DNA from: Hyphomicrobiales bacterium
Lineage (GTDB): Bacteria; Pseudomonadota; Alphaproteobacteria; Rhizobiales; JANPGK01
Reading direction: 5' to 3'
Assembly (NCBI GenBank): GCA_031423895.1
Contig: JANPGK010000004.1
Location: forward strand, 10,561 to 74,560
Length of the DNA stretch: 64,000 nucleotides
Part shown: positions 46,522 to 56,640 of the stretch, one piece after another
Layout of the letters: each line of letters begins with the position of its first letter
How positions within the stretch are numbered: position 1 is the stretch's first letter
Notes under the pieces: generated by a model
What the model was told of the DNA's origin: nothing
The model's database searches: none
The model's input: the letters and a program-made list of their open reading frames with translations, nothing else
Position numbers and translations under genes: made by a program

Positions 46522-47298
46522 TCATGTAATTTTGTCAAATCTCAAATAACAACTCCTTCGCCCCTCGCGCCGTGCTTTGGCTTCATAGCGGGTTTGCACC
46601 CAGCCCTCATAAGGTGTGAGGAAATCAGCGGCGGTGTGCGCTGGCCATGTGAACGCGGGGTGTTCGCGGATGTGCTGCAAGGTCCACGCCGCATAGCTAT
46701 CAATATCGGTGGCACAGCGAAATTGGCCGCCCAGCACCAAAATACGGGCGAATTCATTCAGCGCATCGATGGAGACAAAGCGCCGCTTCCAATGGCGTTT
46801 TTTGTGCCATGGGTCGGGGTAAAACAGGTGCACATGCGAGAATTGCGCATCTGGCAGGGTACGCAGCAAAAAATGTGCATCGTCATTATAAAAGCGGATG
46901 TTGGGCAGGTGTTCATCCAAGCAATCGCGCACAGCGGCGGCATATCCATTCAAAAACGGCTCCACGCCGATGAAGCCCACAGTGGGGTTATTGCGGGCGC
47001 GGTTAAGCAAGTGCTCGCCCGAACCAAAGCCAATTTCCAGCTCATAGCGTTCGAATGGTTGGCCAAATAGCTGTGATAGATCGAGCATTTGCCCATGCGT
47101 AAACGTAATATCTACAGCGCCTTGCTGGGCGATGGCGTCTTTTTTGCCAAGCGATAGCGCCTTGCCTTTGCAGCGGCCATAAAACTTGCGGATGGTTTCG
47201 GGTGGGGGTGAAGATTCTCCCCTCCCCTTGCGGGAGGGGGTAGGGGGAGGGGTTTTCTCATCAGCATTCGCTGAGTATATGTTTGGAATATTATCCAT
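46522..47298 (-). CDS. trmB: tRNA (guanine-N7)-methyltransferase TrmB with a repeat-encoded N-terminal extension
   Basis: Core motifs: EIGFGSGEHL, FYPDPWHKKRHWKRRF. The first ~38 aa (..EKTPPPTPSRKGRGESSPPP..) are encoded by the family-B2 repeat module. Confidence 0.85.
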   Translation of the reverse strand: MDNIPNIYSANADEKTPPPTPSRKGRGESSPPPETIRKFYGRCKGKALSLGKKDAIAQQGAVDITFTHGQMLDLSQLFGQPFERYELEIGFGSGEHLLNRARNNPTVGFIGVEPFLNGYAAAVRDCLDEHLPNIRFYNDDAHFLLRTLPDAQFSHVHLFYPDPWHKKRHWKRRFVSIDALNEFARILVLGGQFRCATDIDSYAAWTLQHIREHPAFTWPAHTAADFLTPYEGWVQTRYEAKARREGRRSCYLRFDKIT

Positions 47299-47354
47299 TA
47301 AGAATACCCCCCTCAGTCACGCTATGCGTGACAGCTCCCCCGCAGGTGGGGAGC
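47214..47354. repeat. Composite family-B repeat (B2, spacer, B1 in reverse orientation), copy 3, straddling the trmB start codon
   Basis: B2 spans 47214..47257 (TCTCCCCTCCCCTTGCGGGAGGGGGTAGGGGGAGGGGTTTT). B1 spans 47300..47354 (AAGAATACCCCCCTCAG..GCTCCCCCGCAGGTGGGGAGC). The trmB ATG (47298) lies in the spacer between them. Confidence 0.8.
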
Positions 47355-47361
47355 CGTTTTC

Positions 47362-48237
47362 TTACCCCAACATCGCCTTCAACGCAGTGCGCAAATCATC
47401 CGCCAGCTCTGGCCTGTCCAGCCCATAGGCCACATTGCCAGTGAGGAAGCCGATTTTGGAGCCGCAGTCGTAGGTTTTTCCGTCGAATTCCAACCCATAG
47501 AAGGATTGCTGCGCCAATAAGCTGATCATCGCATCTGTCAGCTGAATTTCGCCACCTGCGCCGCGCTGCCCTTTGGCCAATAGGTCAAAAATTTGTGGCT
47601 GTAAAATATAGCGCCCCGTGATGGTGTAATTCGATGGCGCAGTGCCTTTGGCGGGCTTTTCCACCATGGCATTGATCTCAAATCCGTTGGCTTTTTTGGC
47701 GCCCGCCCCCACCACACCATATTGGTGGAGTTGATCTGTTGGGGTGGTTTCCACCGCCAGCACATTGCCGCCCGTGGCGTTATAGACATCCATCATTTGT
47801 GCAAGGCAGGATTTTTTGGCTTTCACCAACACATCAGGCAGCAGCACGGCGAAGGGCTCGTTGCCCACAATGTCGCGCGCGCACCACACCGCATGCCCCA
47901 AACCAAGCGGCGCTTGCTGGCGGGTGAAGCTGGCTTGACCTGCGGGGATCATGTCGGCCAGAAGCTGCTCTAATTCACGCGTTTTGCCACGAGTTTTGAG
48001 GGTGTCTTCCAGCTCATATTGATGGTCGAAATGGTCTTCAATCACATGCTTAGAGCGGCCAGTCACAAAAATAAAATGCTCGATGCCAGCTTCACGCGCT
48101 TCATCCACCACCCATTGCACCAGGGGACGATCGACCACCGTGAGCATTTCTTTGGGCATAGATTTGGTGGCGGGCAAAAAGCGAGTGCCAAGACCTGCAA
48201 CGGGAAAAATAGCTTTACGTACTTTAGGAGATGACAT
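47362..48237 (-). CDS. galU: UTP--glucose-1-phosphate uridylyltransferase
   Basis: N-terminus KAIFPVAGLGTRFLPATKSMPKEML and family-wide similarity. Confidence 0.9.
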   Translation of the reverse strand: MSSPKVRKAIFPVAGLGTRFLPATKSMPKEMLTVVDRPLVQWVVDEAREAGIEHFIFVTGRSKHVIEDHFDHQYELEDTLKTRGKTRELEQLLADMIPAGQASFTRQQAPLGLGHAVWCARDIVGNEPFAVLLPDVLVKAKKSCLAQMMDVYNATGGNVLAVETTPTDQLHQYGVVGAGAKKANGFEINAMVEKPAKGTAPSNYTITGRYILQPQIFDLLAKGQRGAGGEIQLTDAMISLLAQQSFYGLEFDGKTYDCGSKIGFLTGNVAYGLDRPELADDLRTALKAMLG

Positions 48238-48317
48238 TTGGCGCCTTTCTTAACGATTCATTTGAGCCTTGTATGGCAAAGCTGATATCAACACAATATG
48301 GCGAATTTGAGGGCAAT

Positions 48318-49310
48318 ATGACAATTTTGGTAACAGGCGGGGCTGGTTATATTGGCAGCCACATGGCGCACGCCTTGGTGGATGCCGGCGAAGATGTTGT
48401 AGTGTTGGATAATCTCACCACGGGGTTTCGCAACTGCATTCCGCGCACGGCCAAATTCATTAAGGGCAATGTGGGCGATGCCAAGCTGCTGGAGAAATTA
48501 TTCGCCGCGCATAATATTGAGGCGATTGTGCACTTTGCGGCCAGCATTGTGGTGCCAGAATCGGTGGCCGATCCGCTGAAATATTATGGCAATAACACCG
48601 CAAACACCCGCACGTTGATTGAAGCCGCCGTGAACGCAGGTGTGAAACACATCATTTTCTCATCCACCGCCGCTGTATATGGCAATGCTGAAGTTCAGCC
48701 TGTCACCGAGCATAGCCCCACGCTACCAGAATCGCCCTATGGGCGCTCTAAGTTAATGTCGGAATGGATGCTGGCCGATGCGGCCGCCGCGCATGGGTTT
48801 ACCTACACCGTGCTGCGCTATTTCAATGTGGCGGGGGCTGACCCTCGCGGCCGAGTGGGGCAATCGACACCCGAAGCCACGCATTTGATTAAAGTGGCGT
48901 GTCAAGCCGCGCTGGGGCAACGCCCAAATTTAAGCGTATTTGGCAGTGATTATCCCACATCAGATGGCACATGTGTGCGCGATTATATTCATGTGAGTGA
49001 TTTGATTGCGGCGCATGTGGCGGCGCTCAAACGCCTGCGCACTGGCGCGCCATCGGTAACAGTGAATTGCGGTTATGGGCGCGGCTTTAGCGTGATGGAG
49101 GTGATTAAAACCGTGAAAAAGGTGACAAAGATAGACTTCCCAGTGGTGATGAGCCCACGCCGCGCCGGCGACCCCGCCAGTATTGTGGCCTCAGCTACCA
49201 CCGCGCGTGAAGTTTTGGGATGGGTGCCGCAGTTTGATGATTTGAAAACCATCGTGAAGCATGCCTATAAATGGGAAGCTAAACTGGCTAAGCGGAGGGC
49301 GCAGGGATGA
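48318..49310 (+). CDS. galE: UDP-glucose 4-epimerase
   Basis: Start ATG 48318 (GAGG upstream) gives MTILVTGGAGYIGSH. The YxxxK motif (YGRSK) is present. The stop overlaps the next ORF as ATGA. Confidence 0.9.
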   Translation: MTILVTGGAGYIGSHMAHALVDAGEDVVVLDNLTTGFRNCIPRTAKFIKGNVGDAKLLEKLFAAHNIEAIVHFAASIVVPESVADPLKYYGNNTANTRTLIEAAVNAGVKHIIFSSTAAVYGNAEVQPVTEHSPTLPESPYGRSKLMSEWMLADAAAAHGFTYTVLRYFNVAGADPRGRVGQSTPEATHLIKVACQAALGQRPNLSVFGSDYPTSDGTCVRDYIHVSDLIAAHVAALKRLRTGAPSVTVNCGYGRGFSVMEVIKTVKKVTKIDFPVVMSPRRAGDPASIVASATTAREVLGWVPQFDDLKTIVKHAYKWEAKLAKRRAQG

Positions 49311-50698
49311 TTTTAAGAAATATGTGCCTTTACTTTACCTCTCCCCTTGTGGGAGAGGGTGGCGCGAAGCGCCGGGTGAGGGGTTTTCTTTCTAGCGCCG
49401 TGAAGAATACCCCCCTCAGTCTCGCAAGCGCTCGACAGCTCCCCCACAAGTGGGGAGCATTAAGTATATGCTTATTTATTCTATGTATTTTTATTTTCCC
49501 CGCCCACGCGCAACAAAGTGGCGACCCGCAATTTCAGGCTTTTGTTCAGCAAAAAATCTGGCCAAAAGCCCAAGCCGCAGGCATTGATCAAGCCACTTTC
49601 GCGGCGGCGTTTGAGGATGTGACCTCGCCCGACCGCTCTATTTTGGGCACGGCCAAAAAGCAGCCCGAATTTGCCAGCACAGTGGGCAATTATGTGGGCA
49701 AACGCGTTTCGCCTGCGCGCATTCAAAATGGGGCAAAAAAGCTGGAAGATGGCCGCATTCACAACGCGTTGAGCCAAATCGGCAAAAAATATAATGTGGA
49801 TCCATTTGTTGTGCTCTCCATTTGGGGTATTGAATCCTCCTATGGCGCGGCGCTCAACCCCGAAACGCTGAAAAACGTGTTTCGCTCGATGGCCACTTTG
49901 GCGTATGCAGACAGTGCGCGACGCGAGTTTGGCTTTGAACAAACCATTGCAGCGCTGAAAATTGTGAAGCGTGGCTATGCTGAAGTGCATGAAATGCGCG
50001 GCTCGTGGGCGGGCGCAATGGGGCACACGCAATTCATACCCACAAGTTATTTGGTGTATGCGCAAGATTTTGACGGCGATGGACACCGCGATATTTGGAA
50101 CAATATTGGCGATGCATTGGCCTCAACCGCCGCACATTTGGCCACATCCGAAGGCAATGCCCCTACATGGATTGACGAAGAGCCATGGGGCGTGGAAGTG
50201 GTGGTGCCGCAGGGCTTTAATTATGCCAATGCGTATGAAAATGGTGGATTTGAGGAAAAATCGATCACAGCATGGCAACAGCTTGGCATTCGTGCGGCTA
50301 GCGGCGGCCTGCCAAACTCACGCGGCGAGGCTACGCTCTATGTGCCATCGGGCGTAAATGGCCCTGCATTTTTGCTATACCCGAATTTTAAGGTGATTAA
50401 GCGCTATAATTTCTCAAATGCCTATGCGTTGGCAGTGGGGTTGCTCGCCGACAGGTTGCGCGGTGAAAATGTGCCAGTACGATCATGGCCAAGCGATGAC
50501 GACCAACTCACGCGCATTGCCGATGTGAAACTGCTGCAAAGCCGCCTCACACAATTGGGCCATTATAATGGCAAAATTGATGGGTTCGTGGGGCCCAAGG
50601 TCTATGCCGCCACCCATGCGTTTCAAGCGCGTGCGGGCATTTCCCCTGCTGATGGGCTGCCTACGCAAGAAGTCTTGGAAGCGTTGCGCGATAAATAG
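49307..50698 (+). CDS. Lytic murein transglycosylase (MltB/SLT_2-like) with a C-terminal peptidoglycan-binding domain; start codon uncertain
   Basis: Catalytic region ..LSIWGIESSYG..., WAGAMGHTQFIPTSY. The C-terminal PG_binding_1-like repeat is LQSRLTQLGHYNGKIDGFVGPKVYAATHAFQ. The signal peptide (..LSICLFILCIFIFPAHA/QQ) follows the repeat-encoded residues. An in-frame GTG at 49400 is an alternative start. Confidence 0.8.
   Translation: MILRNMCLYFTSPLVGEGGAKRRVRGFLSSAVKNTPLSLASARQLPHKWGALSICLFILCIFIFPAHAQQSGDPQFQAFVQQKIWPKAQAAGIDQATFAAAFEDVTSPDRSILGTAKKQPEFASTVGNYVGKRVSPARIQNGAKKLEDGRIHNALSQIGKKYNVDPFVVLSIWGIESSYGAALNPETLKNVFRSMATLAYADSARREFGFEQTIAALKIVKRGYAEVHEMRGSWAGAMGHTQFIPTSYLVYAQDFDGDGHRDIWNNIGDALASTAAHLATSEGNAPTWIDEEPWGVEVVVPQGFNYANAYENGGFEEKSITAWQQLGIRAASGGLPNSRGEATLYVPSGVNGPAFLLYPNFKVIKRYNFSNAYALAVGLLADRLRGENVPVRSWPSDDDQLTRIADVKLLQSRLTQLGHYNGKIDGFVGPKVYAATHAFQARAGISPADGLPTQEVLEALRDK
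49339..49458. repeat. Composite family-B repeat (B2 plus B1, reverse orientation), copy 4, inside the 5' end of the transglycosylase ORF
   Basis: CTCTCCCCTTGTGGGAGAGGGTGGCGCGAAGCGCCGGGTGAGGGGTTTTC, a 13-nt spacer, then GAAGAATACCCCCCTCAG..GCTCCCCCACAAGTGGGGAGC. Confidence 0.8.
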
Positions 50699-50813
50699 AG
50701 TAATTGTGCCGCTCTTAACAAACGTATTTAACAAAGCATTAGTGCTTAGCTGCTAGGGTGTGTGTGGTGCATTCCGTATGTGGAGTGCTGCGTTTGCGTA
50801 TGGGTAGATTATT

Positions 50814-51584
50814 ATGGATATAGCAACCTTTATTGGCTTTGCATCGGGTGTTGGCACTGTATTTTTGCTCATGATTATGGGCGGCAGTGTGAGCCTGTTT
50901 TATGATATTCACGCTGTGATCGTGATTGGGGGTGGGTGCTTTTCCGCAACACTCATTCGATTTCCTCTCAAGACAATTGGCACGGGCTTGGCCTCTGGCG
51001 CAAAAGTTGTGTTTTTCCACAAGCGACTTGGTGCACATGCGCTGATTGAGCAGATTTCAGAATTGGCCGATATTGTACGCAAACAAGGCCCGCTTGGCTT
51101 AGAGAATGTTGAAATTAAAGATCCGTTCCTGAAAAAAGGCGTGCGAATGCTCACCGATGGCTATGATGCCGAAGTGATCCGCGATGCGATGGAAAAAGAA
51201 GCGGAATTGCACCTGCAACGCATGAAAGAGGGCGTGAAGGTGTATAAAGCGATTGGGGATATGGCGCCGGCATGGGGAATGATCGGTACGATTTTGGGCA
51301 TGGTGCAAATGTTCGCCAACATGTCTGACCCTTCAAAATTGGGGCCGTTTATGGCGGTTGCGCTGCTGGCCACGTTGTATGGCGCTGTGCTGGCGAATTT
51401 GGTGACATTGCCAATTGGCGATAAGCTGGAGCTGCGCCTGCATCAGGATGAAATTATTGAACAGCTTATCATTGATGGCGTGCTGCAAATGCGCGAAAAT
51501 AAAAGCCCCGCATTCATCAAAGAAATGCTGATTTCGTATTTGCCTCACAATAAGCGTCATCATTTTGAAGAAGAATCGGCGTGA
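50814..51584 (+). CDS. motA: Flagellar stator protein MotA (MotA/TolQ/ExbB family)
   Basis: 256-aa, four-TM layout with the conserved C-terminal channel region (APAWGMIGTILGMVQMF...AVALLATLYGAVLANL). It sits next to motB. Confidence 0.85.
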   Translation: MDIATFIGFASGVGTVFLLMIMGGSVSLFYDIHAVIVIGGGCFSATLIRFPLKTIGTGLASGAKVVFFHKRLGAHALIEQISELADIVRKQGPLGLENVEIKDPFLKKGVRMLTDGYDAEVIRDAMEKEAELHLQRMKEGVKVYKAIGDMAPAWGMIGTILGMVQMFANMSDPSKLGPFMAVALLATLYGAVLANLVTLPIGDKLELRLHQDEIIEQLIIDGVLQMRENKSPAFIKEMLISYLPHNKRHHFEEESA

Positions 51585-51592
51585 GGTAATCA

Positions 51593-52450
51593 ATGGCAAA
51601 AAAGAAAAAGCATGACGACCATGGCGGTGGCCACGGGTGGTTTGTGACCTTCGCCGATTTGATGGCATTGCTGATGAGCTTTTTCGTGATGCTTGCGGCC
51701 AGTTCTAGCCAAGATAAAAAGAAAATGCAGGTGGTTGCGGGCTCGATGCGTGAGGCTTTTGGTGTCGATAAGGAATCGCGCCGCGACGGCATGGTGGAAA
51801 TTCCCGGCATTCCCGTGAAGGATTATTTGAAGCAGGTGGGGGCAATCGCCTCGAAAGAACAATCAGGCTTTGCGCAAGAGCGGCACGACCAGAAGGAAAA
51901 GCAAGGCCCTGAAGCCAACACCCATGATATTGCGGCCACAACGGTGGAAAAGCCGCGCCAATTTGCGTTGGCGGCGGCAAGCTTGCGGCAATCATGGCAG
52001 GAAATGCCCGAAATTGCCGAAGCGTCTGATAATATCATGATTGAAGAAACTGTGGATGGCCTCGCCATTCAGCTGGTGGACCAAGAAGGCCGCGCTATGT
52101 TCCCCGAGGGTTCAAAATTCCCATATGAGCGCACACGGTTCTTGATCAGTCGCTTGGGCCCTGTGTTGCGCAAAATGCCGAATAAAGTGCAAATTTCGGG
52201 CCACACCACCGCCAACCGCCTCACAGGCCGTGCGGGCTATTCCAATTGGGAACTTTCAGCGGATCGCGCCAATGCCATCCGCCAAATTCTTACAGAATCT
52301 GGCCTGCCTTATGAGCGGATTCATTCGGTGATGGGCAAAGCGGATACCGACCCATTATTCCCGAACGACGCCTATTTGGCCGCCAATGCCCGCGTGACCA
52401 TTTTGCTGATGCCCGACGCCCCGCCATTGCCCACGGAATTGAAGAAGTGA
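51593..52450 (+). CDS. motB: Flagellar stator protein MotB (OmpA-like C-terminus)
   Basis: N-terminal plug/TM with the essential Asp (WFVTFADLMALLMSFFVML) and a C-terminal OmpA-type PG-binding domain (..NWELSADRANAIRQIL..). Confidence 0.85.
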   Translation: MAKKKKHDDHGGGHGWFVTFADLMALLMSFFVMLAASSSQDKKKMQVVAGSMREAFGVDKESRRDGMVEIPGIPVKDYLKQVGAIASKEQSGFAQERHDQKEKQGPEANTHDIAATTVEKPRQFALAAASLRQSWQEMPEIAEASDNIMIEETVDGLAIQLVDQEGRAMFPEGSKFPYERTRFLISRLGPVLRKMPNKVQISGHTTANRLTGRAGYSNWELSADRANAIRQILTESGLPYERIHSVMGKADTDPLFPNDAYLAANARVTILLMPDAPPLPTELKK

Positions 52451-52470
52451 GACTCGGGCTTATAGCGAGC

Positions 52471-53106
52471 CTAGAATGTGCTATTTTTATCAGGATTTGC
52501 ACTAATTTTGGCAATTAATGCACCCAACACACCAATTGCAGCAAGCCCCGCGCCAAATGCAAAGAGCTTTGCCCCCTTTTTCAAAAATTGATAGGCTTGG
52601 TTGTTCTTAAGCAATTCATTGATGGTGTTTAAAGATGTCGTCGCTAGCGATTTGGCGGTTTGTAATGTTGCAAGCAATGGTGACTCCGGCGAAACGTGAA
52701 GCTGGTTGAAATTTAATGATCGTGAGTTTGGCAAATATTCAGGCGCATAAACACAATTCACTTTAATTGTTTTGCTGCGCACTAAATCATTTTGTGCATC
52801 CATAATACTATCTGTTGGGTCAAACCAAGGAAGCTTATGCTGAACACCTTCGTGATCAGAAAAATGTGCCTTGTGAATATATGGGAGCGCGTCTCGTTTG
52901 AGGCCTTCATATAGTGTGAGCTCAGAAAACGCAGCAGGAAATTTTGTCGCGGCTACCGCGCGGCTCATCTTGGCGCCATCATAGGCAATTCTTGCACCAA
53001 TCGCTGAGATAATAACGCTAGAGCCAGCCAGTGTTGTTGTGTTATCCATAAGCAGTCCAATCGTAATATTTTCAAAATATAATTTATACATGAAAATAAC
53101 ACACAA
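52471..53106 (-). CDS. Hypothetical protein, low-GC orphan with a C-terminal hydrophobic anchor (start uncertain)
   Basis: I recognise no family. The C-terminus is ..LKKGAKLFAFGAGLAAIGVLGALIAKI followed by a polar tail. Possible starts are 53106, 53091 or 53049, and none has a convincing RBS. Confidence 0.4.
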   Translation of the reverse strand: MCVIFMYKLYFENITIGLLMDNTTTLAGSSVIISAIGARIAYDGAKMSRAVAATKFPAAFSELTLYEGLKRDALPYIHKAHFSDHEGVQHKLPWFDPTDSIMDAQNDLVRSKTIKVNCVYAPEYLPNSRSLNFNQLHVSPESPLLATLQTAKSLATTSLNTINELLKNNQAYQFLKKGAKLFAFGAGLAAIGVLGALIAKISANPDKNSTF

Positions 53107-53251
53107 ATTTTCTTTTTTGCATACGGTTTTCGTATAGCTGTTCAGTAGTTTCGCGCATTGTCAATAAAACGGCAATTGCACCCACTTCACCCTTGAAATT
53201 GCGTGCAATTGGGCGTAATAAGCGCATAAATTACACGTTAAGGACACTCGC

Positions 53252-54475
53252 ATGCAAGACTCTGTGAAAAAAGTGGTGTTGGCCTATTCTGGCGGGCTCG
53301 ATACGTCTGTCATTTTGAAATGGCTGCAAACCACCTATAATTGCGAAGTGGTAACGTTCACTGCCGATTTAGGCCAAGGTGAAGAGCTGGAACCCGCCCG
53401 CAAAAAAGCGGAACTGTTCGGCATTAAAGAGATTTTCATTGAGGATGTGCGCGAGGAATTTGTGCGGGACTATGTGTTCCCCATGTTCCGCGCCAATGCG
53501 TTGTATGAAGGCGTGTATTTGCTGGGCACGTCGATCGCGCGGCCGCTGATTGCCAAAAAGCAAATTGAAATTGCCCGCAAAGTGGGTGCCGATGCGGTTT
53601 GCCATGGCGCAACGGGCAAAGGCAACGACCAAGTGCGGTTTGAGCTGGGTTATTATGCGCTGGAGCCCAACATCCGTGTGATTGCGCCATGGCGCGAGTG
53701 GGATTTAACCTCCCGCACCAAATTGCTGGAATTTGCTGAGCAGCACCAAATTCCCATTGCGAAGGATAAGCGCGGCGAAGCGCCATTTTCGGTGGATGCG
53801 AATTTGTTGCATTCCTCCTCTGAAGGCAAAGTGCTGGAAGACCCCAGCGTCGAGGCGCCAGAATATGTGTATCAACGCACGATTTCAGCCGAGGCAGCGC
53901 CCGATAAAGCGGAATATATCACCATCGACTTTGAACGCGGCGACGCGGTGGCCATCAATGGCGAGGGGATGTCGCCCGCCACGCTGCTGACCAAATTGAA
54001 CGAATATGGCAAAAACAATGGCATTGGCCGCCTCGATTTGGTGGAAAATCGCTATGTGGGCATGAAATCGCGCGGCGTGTATGAAACCCCAGGCGGTACC
54101 ATTTTGCTAGCGGCGCACCGCGGTATTGAGTCGATCACGCTCGACCGTGGCGCCATGCATTTGAAGGATGAGCTGATGCCACGCTATGCCGCGCTGATTT
54201 ACAACGGCTTTTGGTTCTCGCCAGAGCGCGAAATGTTGCAAGCCATGATCGACCATTCGCAGCAGCATGTGAGCGGCCAAGTGCGCCTGAAGCTCTATAA
54301 AGGCAATGTGGATGTGGTAGGGCGCAGCAGCACTCAATCACTTTACGACCAAGAACTGGTGACATTTGAAGATGGCGCCGTGGCCTATGACCAACGTGAC
54401 GCCGCAGGGTTTATCAAGCTGAATGCACTGCGCTTGCGGACATTGGCCATGCGCAATAGAAGGAATGAGAAATGA
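53252..54475 (+). CDS. argG: Argininosuccinate synthase
   Basis: N-terminus [13 protein letters not shown] and the motifs ..[15 protein letters not shown].. and ..[19 protein letters not shown]. Confidence 0.95.
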   Translation: MQDSVKKVVLAYSGGLDTSVILKWLQTTYNCEVVTFTADLGQGEELEPARKKAELFGIKEIFIEDVREEFVRDYVFPMFRANALYEGVYLLGTSIARPLIAKKQIEIARKVGADAVCHGATGKGNDQVRFELGYYALEPNIRVIAPWREWDLTSRTKLLEFAEQHQIPIAKDKRGEAPFSVDANLLHSSSEGKVLEDPSVEAPEYVYQRTISAEAAPDKAEYITIDFERGDAVAINGEGMSPATLLTKLNEYGKNNGIGRLDLVENRYVGMKSRGVYETPGGTILLAAHRGIESITLDRGAMHLKDELMPRYAALIYNGFWFSPEREMLQAMIDHSQQHVSGQVRLKLYKGNVDVVGRSSTQSLYDQELVTFEDGAVAYDQRDAAGFIKLNALRLRTLAMRNRRNEK

Positions 54476-55881
54476 CAAACACCCCCCAAACCCTATACGA
54501 CAAAATCTTCGCAGCCCATGTGGTAGAACAATCGGATGACGGCACCGCAGTGCTGTATATCGACCGCCACCTTGTGCATGAAGTGACAAGCCCGCAAGCC
54601 TTTGAAGGCTTGCGCATGGCGGGGCGCAAAGTGCGCGCACCACAGCGCACGCTGGCGGTGGTCGATCATAACGTGCCAACGACCGACCGCTCGCAGGGGA
54701 TTAAAGAGCCTGAAAGCAAGCTGCAAGTGGATACGCTGGCCGCCAATTGCGCCGAATTTGGCGTGGAATATTTCAATGAGCGCGACCGCCGCCAAGGCGT
54801 TGTGCACATTGTGGGGCCTGAGCAGGGCTTCACCTTGCCCGGCACCACCATTGTGTGTGGCGATAGCCATACATCGACGCACGGGGCATTTGGCGCGCTG
54901 GCGCATGGCATCGGCACCTCAGAAGTGGAGCATGTGCTGGCCACGCAAACGCTGATCCAGAAAAAAGCCAAAAACATGCTGGTGCAAGTGAACGGCAAAG
55001 CGCCTGCTGGCATCACAGCGAAGGACATTGTGCTGGCCATCATCGGCGAAATTGGCACCGCAGGCGGCACGGGATATGTGATTGAATATGCGGGTGAAGC
55101 CATCCGCGATTTATCAATTGAAGGCCGCATGACCGTGTGTAACATGTCGATTGAAGGCGGCGCACGTGCTGGCTTGATCGCGCCAGATGACAAAACCTAT
55201 GCGTATTTTGAAGGCCGCAATCGCGCGCCCAAAGGTGCCGAATGGGACAAAGCCGTGGCCTATTGGAAAACGTTGCCCAGTGATGAAGGCGCGCATTTTG
55301 ACAAAATTGTCACGCTCGACGCCTCCACATTGCCGCCCATCGTCACATGGGGCACCAGCCCTGAGGATGTGGTTTCGATCCAAGGCAGCGTGCCAAACCC
55401 TGATGACATCAAAGACTCTGCCAAGCGCGAGGCCGTAATCCGCTCATTGGACTATATGGGCCTGAAGGCCGGCACGAAAATGACCGACATCCCCGTGGAT
55501 GTGGTGTTCATCGGCTCGTGCACTAATGGCCGCATTGAAGATTTGCGCGCTGCCGCCAAGGTGGTGGACGGCAAAACAGTGGCATCAACCGTGCAGGCCA
55601 TGATTGTGCCTGGCTCTGGCCTTGTGAAGGAGCAAGCCGAGATGGAAGGGCTGGATGTGATTTTCAAAGCCGCTGGTTTTGAATGGCGCGAACCGGGCTG
55701 TTCCATGTGCTTGGCGATGAACCCGGATAAATTACAGCCGGGGCAGCGCTGCGCATCTACCTCCAACCGCAATTTTGAAGGGCGTCAAGGCCGCGGTGGG
55801 CGCACGCATCTTGTTTCGCCCGCAATGGCGGCAGCGGCCGCAATCGCTGGCAAATTTGTGGATGTGCGGGTGTGGGGGTGA
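54472..55881 (+). CDS. leuC: 3-isopropylmalate dehydratase large subunit
   Basis: Aconitase-family Fe-S ligand regions ([35 protein letters not shown]). The start overlaps the argG stop (ATGA). Confidence 0.95.
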   Translation: MTNTPQTLYDKIFAAHVVEQSDDGTAVLYIDRHLVHEVTSPQAFEGLRMAGRKVRAPQRTLAVVDHNVPTTDRSQGIKEPESKLQVDTLAANCAEFGVEYFNERDRRQGVVHIVGPEQGFTLPGTTIVCGDSHTSTHGAFGALAHGIGTSEVEHVLATQTLIQKKAKNMLVQVNGKAPAGITAKDIVLAIIGEIGTAGGTGYVIEYAGEAIRDLSIEGRMTVCNMSIEGGARAGLIAPDDKTYAYFEGRNRAPKGAEWDKAVAYWKTLPSDEGAHFDKIVTLDASTLPPIVTWGTSPEDVVSIQGSVPNPDDIKDSAKREAVIRSLDYMGLKAGTKMTDIPVDVVFIGSCTNGRIEDLRAAAKVVDGKTVASTVQAMIVPGSGLVKEQAEMEGLDVIFKAAGFEWREPGCSMCLAMNPDKLQPGQRCASTSNRNFEGRQGRGGRTHLVSPAMAAAAAIAGKFVDVRVWG

Positions 55882-56580
55882 TCACTCACAAAACTTATAG
55901 CCCACGCCATAGAGGGTTTCGATCATCTCGAAGCTGTCGTCCACTGCTTTGAACTTGCGGCGCACGCGTTTGATGTGGCTATCAATTGTGCGGTCGTCCA
56001 CATACACATCGTCTTGATAGGCGGCGTCCATCAAGCTGTCGCGGCTTTTCACCACACCAGGGCGGTTGGCCAGCGCTTGCAGAATGAGAAATTCTGTCAC
56101 AGTGAGAGACACGGCCTTGCCATCCCACCACACGCCGTGGCGCTCGGTATCCATTTTCAGCTTGCCGCGTTCGATCACCTTATTGCCATCGGCGGCTTTC
56201 ACATCGGGGGCGTCCTTGGTGCCTGAACGACGCAGAATGGTTTTTACGCGTTCCACCAATAGGCGCTGCGAGAATGGCTTGGTGATAAAATCATCGGCAC
56301 CCATTTTCAGGCCGAACAGCTCGTCAATCTCTTCATCCTTGGAGGTGAGAAAAATCACGGGCAAATCCGATTTTTGGCGCAAGCGGCGCAGCAGTTCCAT
56401 GCCGTCCATGCGCGGCATTTTAATGTCGAAAATCGCCAAATCGGGCATCGCAAGTTTGAAGCCATCAAGCGCGGCCACGCCGTCGGTGTAGGTCACCACG
56501 CGGAAGCCTTCGGCCTCTAGCGCGATCGATACGGAGGTGAGAATATTGCGGTCGTCATCAACAAGGGCGATTGTAGGCAT
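55882..56580 (-). CDS. chvI: OmpR-family response regulator ChvI
   Basis: [26 protein letters not shown]...[62 protein letters not shown] is near-identical to the ChvI sequences I recall. Start ATG 56580. Confidence 0.85.
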   Translation of the reverse strand: MPTIALVDDDRNILTSVSIALEAEGFRVVTYTDGVAALDGFKLAMPDLAIFDIKMPRMDGMELLRRLRQKSDLPVIFLTSKDEEIDELFGLKMGADDFITKPFSQRLLVERVKTILRRSGTKDAPDVKAADGNKVIERGKLKMDTERHGVWWDGKAVSLTVTEFLILQALANRPGVVKSRDSLMDAAYQDDVYVDDRTIDSHIKRVRRKFKAVDDSFEMIETLYGVGYKFCE

Positions 56581-56640
56581 GTGTGCTCCAAATATATGCA
56601 CAATAGCTATGCGATGGTGCTGGTGCGGTCAAGGCTTTGT

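Noticed and set aside
4578-49458. Possibility that the recurring hairpin repeats form a CRISPR array.
   Set aside because: The copies are dispersed over 45 kb, differ in orientation, are not separated by uniform-length spacers, and no cas genes are present. They are dispersed REP/MITE-like elements.
50765-50780. TGGTGC-N5-GTATG upstream of motA as a possible sigma-54 promoter.
   Set aside because: It lacks the essential GC of the -12 element. I found no acceptable alternative alignment.
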